Below, one piece after another: positions 60,100 through 64,000 of a DNA stretch of 64,000 nt (the stretch's first letter is position 1; each line of letters starts with the position of its first letter). A model generated the notes under the pieces. The model saw only the letters and a list, made by a program, of their open reading frames with translations. It searched no databases and was not told the origin of the DNA. The position numbers and the translations under genes are program-made. The stretch is from a virus: IMG/VR virus record IMGVR_UViG_3300020190_000008; one strand, given 5' to 3'.

Positions 60100-62580
60100 T
60101 TAAGGAACAAAATACATTCTATTTAAATCTGTTGGACAATAGTAAACAGATTTAGAAGGTAAACCAACCGAACTATTTGGTAAATTAATAATACTTAAAC
60201 AATTTACGTGTGTTGTATTGTTAGCACAAGATGTAATGTTATTACCAACAATAAATGAATTATTGTGTGTTAATTTACTCTCACAACCCCCTAATATACC
60301 ACTAAATTCACCAATTATTGTGTTATTACAACCTGCTGCAATAACATTCCAACCTTGATTTACTGTCAACCCACTAATTGTGTTACGTTGACCAGCGCCA
60401 ATTATACTATAAGCAGAATTTGTTGTTGTATTACAAAAACCACCAATAATTACCGATTGACAAGATAATGTTTTATTGTATGTACCACCACCAACAAAAG
60501 AATCAAGACAATTTACCGTATTAAAACCACCACCAACAATTACATTCCTATTTACTAATGTTGTGTTTTCTCTACCAGCACCAATAAATGAACCAGACCC
60601 ATTTACAGTATTTTCTCTACCACCACCAATAAAAGATATTGTATCAACCGATGTGTTACGACAACCACCAACAATTGTTGATCCTGTTGATACCGATGTG
60701 TTACAACAACCACCAACAATAATTGAATAATGGTCTAATGTTGTGTTACAAATACCACCAGTTATTATTGAATAAGAACCTTCTGTTGTATTAAAATAAC
60801 CTCCACCAATTATACTGTAAGTAGAATTTGTTGTATTAAAGGCCCCCCCTCCAATAATGGAATAATATCCACTTGCTGTATTTGCCTGACCTCCAACAAC
60901 TGAAGAATAATTCCCACATACGTCGTTTATCCTACCACCACCAATAAACGAATTCCAAGAAAAAGAACAATTTAATTGACCACCACCAATAGTTGAAAAT
61001 GGTCCACCTATATAATTTTCAAAACCACCACCAATAAATGAATACTGACTTATCAATCTGTTTCCACTACCTCCACCAATTACACCACACTCTCCCGATG
61101 TATTACAATGGCCACCACCAATAAATGAATAAAACCCACATGCTGTATTTCCACTACCTCCACCAACTAATGAATAATCCCCAGATGCTTCAGCGGAAAC
61201 CCCAATTCTTTGTGTCGAGTCTGTACCAGTTCCTACTTCATATATCAATGTCGACCCAGTCAAATCTTGACCAAAAATTACATTACCAGATGAATCAATA
61301 CCCAAATTAGAAATTGAAGTTCCAGTTGTTACGTTTTGAATATTCAAATAAGGAACATAGACTGTATCATCTGTTGTTCCAGTAATATTTTGTCCACCCA
61401 AAATTACACTTCTATCTGCTTGTAAATTCGAACTATTAGAAAAAGCAACCGAACAATCACCAACAACTATGTTATTAGCCCCACCAACAATTCCTGAACA
61501 ATAACCAGAAACCGTATTTCCAAAACCACCAGAAATATTACTATTAAAACCAATTGCGGTATTGCATTGTCCACCGGCAATATTAGAACCATCAAAATAT
61601 GTTTTATTGAATGAACCACCAACTATTGATGCGAACGCTCCATAATTTTTGTTTTGCGAACCACCAACAACTACTGATGTATTCGAAAAGGAGCTATTAC
61701 AATAACCACCACCAATGAAAGAACATGAAGCTAAGTTTACATTATTACATCCACCAACAACAACAGAATAGTTTGCATCAGATGTGTTACAACAACCACC
61801 AAGAATTGCGCTACCACAAGAATCGGCAGTATTAAATTCTCCACCACCAACTACAGTAATAGTACAATTTGCAATGTTGGAATTACCACCGCCAATGGTT
61901 GAATTCAATTCGGCAGCTGTGTTGTATCTACCGCCAGCTATTACTGAAAAATCACCGTACGCTGAATTCTGTGTACCACCACCAATTGTTGAACAATCAT
62001 TCAAGGCTATGTTAAAAAATCCTCCACCAATTGTTACATTATAACCTGAAGAAGTATTTTTTTCACCACCACTAATTGTGGAATATTTACCAGAAGAAGT
62101 GTTACGACAACCAGCAACAACTGAAGCATAATTTTGCGATGCAACATTTAAATAACCACCACCAATAAATGTACAATTATCTGATGTTGTATTTTTACAA
62201 CCGCCAACAACAACTGAAAGATCACCATTTGTTGTGTTTAATTCACCACCACCAATGAATGCTGAAGATGAGTTTACAATATTTGTGTTTTTATAACCAC
62301 CAGTGATTGAACCAAATGTTCCATTGTTTGTATTACAATAACCACCACCAATGAAAGAATAATTTCCAGTTGACGTATTACATTTACCACCAGTAATCAC
62401 CCCCATACAACCAGTTGTTGTATTACAATAACCACCAACAATTGTTCCGTAATTTTTATCGGCAGTATTAGAATAACCACCTAACACTGTAGAATAGTTA
62501 CATCTAGCCTCATTGTTATTATCACATCTAACTGTAGAATTTATCCCACCTATTGGGTCATCAATTATAACGTAAGCCAT
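60100..62580 (-). CDS. Fibre-like protein with two blocks of 15-aa (S/T)xIGGGxxN repeats
   Basis: Gly/Ser/Asn/Cys-rich 15-aa periodicity; two blocks, each closed by a NIT...T.(Y/H)V..L.I cap. Confidence 0.75.
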   Translation of the reverse strand: MAYVIIDDPIGGINSTVRCDNNNEARCNYSTVLGGYSNTADKNYGTIVGGYCNTTTGCMGVITGGKCNTSTGNYSFIGGGYCNTNNGTFGSITGGYKNTNIVNSSSAFIGGGELNTTNGDLSVVVGGCKNTTSDNCTFIGGGYLNVASQNYASVVAGCRNTSSGKYSTISGGEKNTSSGYNVTIGGGFFNIALNDCSTIGGGTQNSAYGDFSVIAGGRYNTAAELNSTIGGGNSNIANCTITVVGGGEFNTADSCGSAILGGCCNTSDANYSVVVGGCNNVNLASCSFIGGGYCNSSFSNTSVVVGGSQNKNYGAFASIVGGSFNKTYFDGSNIAGGQCNTAIGFNSNISGGFGNTVSGYCSGIVGGANNIVVGDCSVAFSNSSNLQADRSVILGGQNITGTTDDTVYVPYLNIQNVTTGTSISNLGIDSSGNVIFGQDLTGSTLIYEVGTGTDSTQRIGVSAEASGDYSLVGGGSGNTACGFYSFIGGGHCNTSGECGVIGGGSGNRLISQYSFIGGGFENYIGGPFSTIGGGQLNCSFSWNSFIGGGRINDVCGNYSSVVGGQANTASGYYSIIGGGAFNTTNSTYSIIGGGYFNTTEGSYSIITGGICNTTLDHYSIIVGGCCNTSVSTGSTIVGGCRNTSVDTISFIGGGRENTVNGSGSFIGAGRENTTLVNRNVIVGGGFNTVNCLDSFVGGGTYNKTLSCQSVIIGGFCNTTTNSAYSIIGAGQRNTISGLTVNQGWNVIAAGCNNTIIGEFSGILGGCESKLTHNNSFIVGNNITSCANNTTHVNCLSIINLPNSSVGLPSKSVYYCPTDLNRMYFVP

Positions 62581-62604
62581 ATTTTTTATTTTTGATTTAT
62601 GTCC

Positions 62605-62630
62605 AAACCCCCACTATTAAATGGGGGTTT
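62605..62630 (-). terminator. Hairpin between fibre genes
   Basis: AAACCCCCA-n8-TGGGGGTTT perfect inverted repeat. Confidence 0.65.
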
Positions 62631-62643
62631 TAATTTTTATATT

Positions 62644-63999
62644 TTATACAATTTTTAAAACATTATTATTTGCGGTGTCTTTCCAAACAGCACCAGATGG
62701 TAATCCAGAAGCACTAACTGGTATACTCATAATTGATAAATTGTTAACAAATGTCGTAAGACTTCTGTTTGTTGTTATACCACAACCTAAAACGTGTGTA
62801 TCTTGTAAAGAGCTAATGTTTGATCTACCAACAGCAGATGAATAGTTTGCGGTTCCACATATATTATTCGAACAACCTCCGTTGATTGTTGACCAAGCAA
62901 CACTCAAATGGATTGTATTACAATTACCACCGCCAATTGTACCATAACAAGATGCTATACGGTTGAATTGACCACCACCGATTGTTGTGAAACAACTATT
63001 TATAGTAGCAATTTCGTTACAATTACCACCGCCAATTGTACTAAACGGTTCTGATGCTGTATTATAATATCCACCACTTACTGTTGAGTAACAACTACAA
63101 GTTGTATTACTTTGACCACCACCAATAACATTACCGACACCCCACCCCCTATTATTAACACCACCAGCAACGGTACCCCAACTAGCGTTAGCAACATTTG
63201 AGGCGCCCCCACCAACTACTGAACCAACCCCTGAAGAAATACTACTTGCTCCAAAAGAAACGGACCATTGGTTAGTTGCACTAGTACCAATTCCACATCT
63301 TAATGTTGAATTTAGTCCAGTACCTGGAATAATAATAGGTAATCCAATTCCAGAGGTTAGTCCTGCTGGTAAACCACTAACTGTTGCAACACCATTTTGT
63401 CTATTTAATGTAATTAAACCATTTGCGTTATTATATGTACCACCAGTAACAAAGAAATCGTTATTTTGGAAACCAGGTACACTAACATTTGTACCATTGT
63501 TTTGACCAAGAACTAAAGTTCCATTTGAATATGTCCCACCAGTTACAAAAGTATTTTGTGTTTGGAACCCAAGAATACTTACATCAGTAGCACCATTTGA
63601 CTGTGATAACACTAATTCACCAGTTGTTGGGTTATAAGTACCGCCAGTTAAATATTTATCACCATCAATTAATGTTGCTAAATCAACATTGAATGAATTT
63701 CCATCATTTCTATCGAATGTAATTTGTGAAAGTACATTATCATATGTACCACCAGTTACAAATGTATTTTCAGTTACAATTGTATATGGACCACCAGCCG
63801 GGGTTAAATTATATTCTAAAGTTGATGTTTGTACATTTGTATCATCATTTCCTGATGTTAAGGTACTTCCAGTAACAAAGTAATCTGTAAATCCAGTTGC
63901 AAAAACTTGTGATCCATCACTATTTGATAATGTAAGTTCGCCATTTGAAAGGCTAGCACCAGTAAGTACTATATCGGTATATCCAGTTAAGAAACCAGA
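62644..63999 (-). CDS. Fibre-like protein (5' truncated by window end) with TGGTY shaft repeats and GGGxxN repeats
   Basis: The frame stays open from 63612 to the window end (SGFLTGYTDIVLTG...), so the true start lies outside the window. Confidence 0.75.
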   Translation of the reverse strand, partial: SGFLTGYTDIVLTGASLSNGELTLSNSDGSQVFATGFTDYFVTGSTLTSGNDDTNVQTSTLEYNLTPAGGPYTIVTENTFVTGGTYDNVLSQITFDRNDGNSFNVDLATLIDGDKYLTGGTYNPTTGELVLSQSNGATDVSILGFQTQNTFVTGGTYSNGTLVLGQNNGTNVSVPGFQNNDFFVTGGTYNNANGLITLNRQNGVATVSGLPAGLTSGIGLPIIIPGTGLNSTLRCGIGTSATNQWSVSFGASSISSGVGSVVGGGASNVANASWGTVAGGVNNRGWGVGNVIGGGQSNTTCSCYSTVSGGYYNTASEPFSTIGGGNCNEIATINSCFTTIGGGQFNRIASCYGTIGGGNCNTIHLSVAWSTINGGCSNNICGTANYSSAVGRSNISSLQDTHVLGCGITTNRSLTTFVNNLSIMSIPVSASGLPSGAVWKDTANNNVLKIV

Positions 64000-64000
64000 A

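Noticed and set aside
2607-63883. Many short antisense or alternative-frame ORFs in the track (e.g. 4753, 15470-15914, 25299, 26526, 42056, 60476)
   Set aside because: They lie within long genes with recognisable motifs and are shadows of codon bias or low-complexity repeats
1-64000. Stop-codon recoding as in some large phages
   Set aside because: Genes are long and densely packed in the standard code, and TAA, TAG and TGA all end genes
1-64000. tRNA, rRNA, integrase or transposase genes
   Set aside because: None recognised. Intergenic gaps are short and explained by terminators and promoters; no covariance search was run.

Overview
AT-rich (~30% GC by eye) 64-kb segment of a large contractile-tailed (myovirus-like) phage, distantly T4-like. 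Most genes are on the minus strand and read in the standard code. Structural genes (baseplate wedge, hub and LysM-like proteins, tape measure, tail chaperones, tube, sheath, neck) are interleaved with a replication block: class II RNR, DnaB-like helicase, 5'-3' exonuclease, C5 methylase, RecA/UvsX, gp32-like SSB, SNF2 helicase with an intein, and family B polymerase. The right 15 kb holds repeat-rich fibre genes bracketing about five glycosyltransferases, a sulfotransferase, APS kinase, an HxGH nucleotidyltransferase and DUF2061. Best candidate new system: phage-encoded O-glycosylation and sulfation of the virion. A GT60-like enzyme occurs together with mucin-like PTTTTTT tracts in the sheath and baseplate proteins, and the nucleotidyltransferase may be a minimal ATP sulfurylase. 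Other highlights: a probable +1 frameshift (TTT-TTT-CGG) in the tail chaperone; a Phe-initiated class 3 intein; a peptidase/SOD/nuclease-like fusion; shared N-terminal leaders that may be capsid-packaging signals; and a strand-oriented TATTTAT motif before most transcription units. Family assignments come from reading motifs only. No searches were run.
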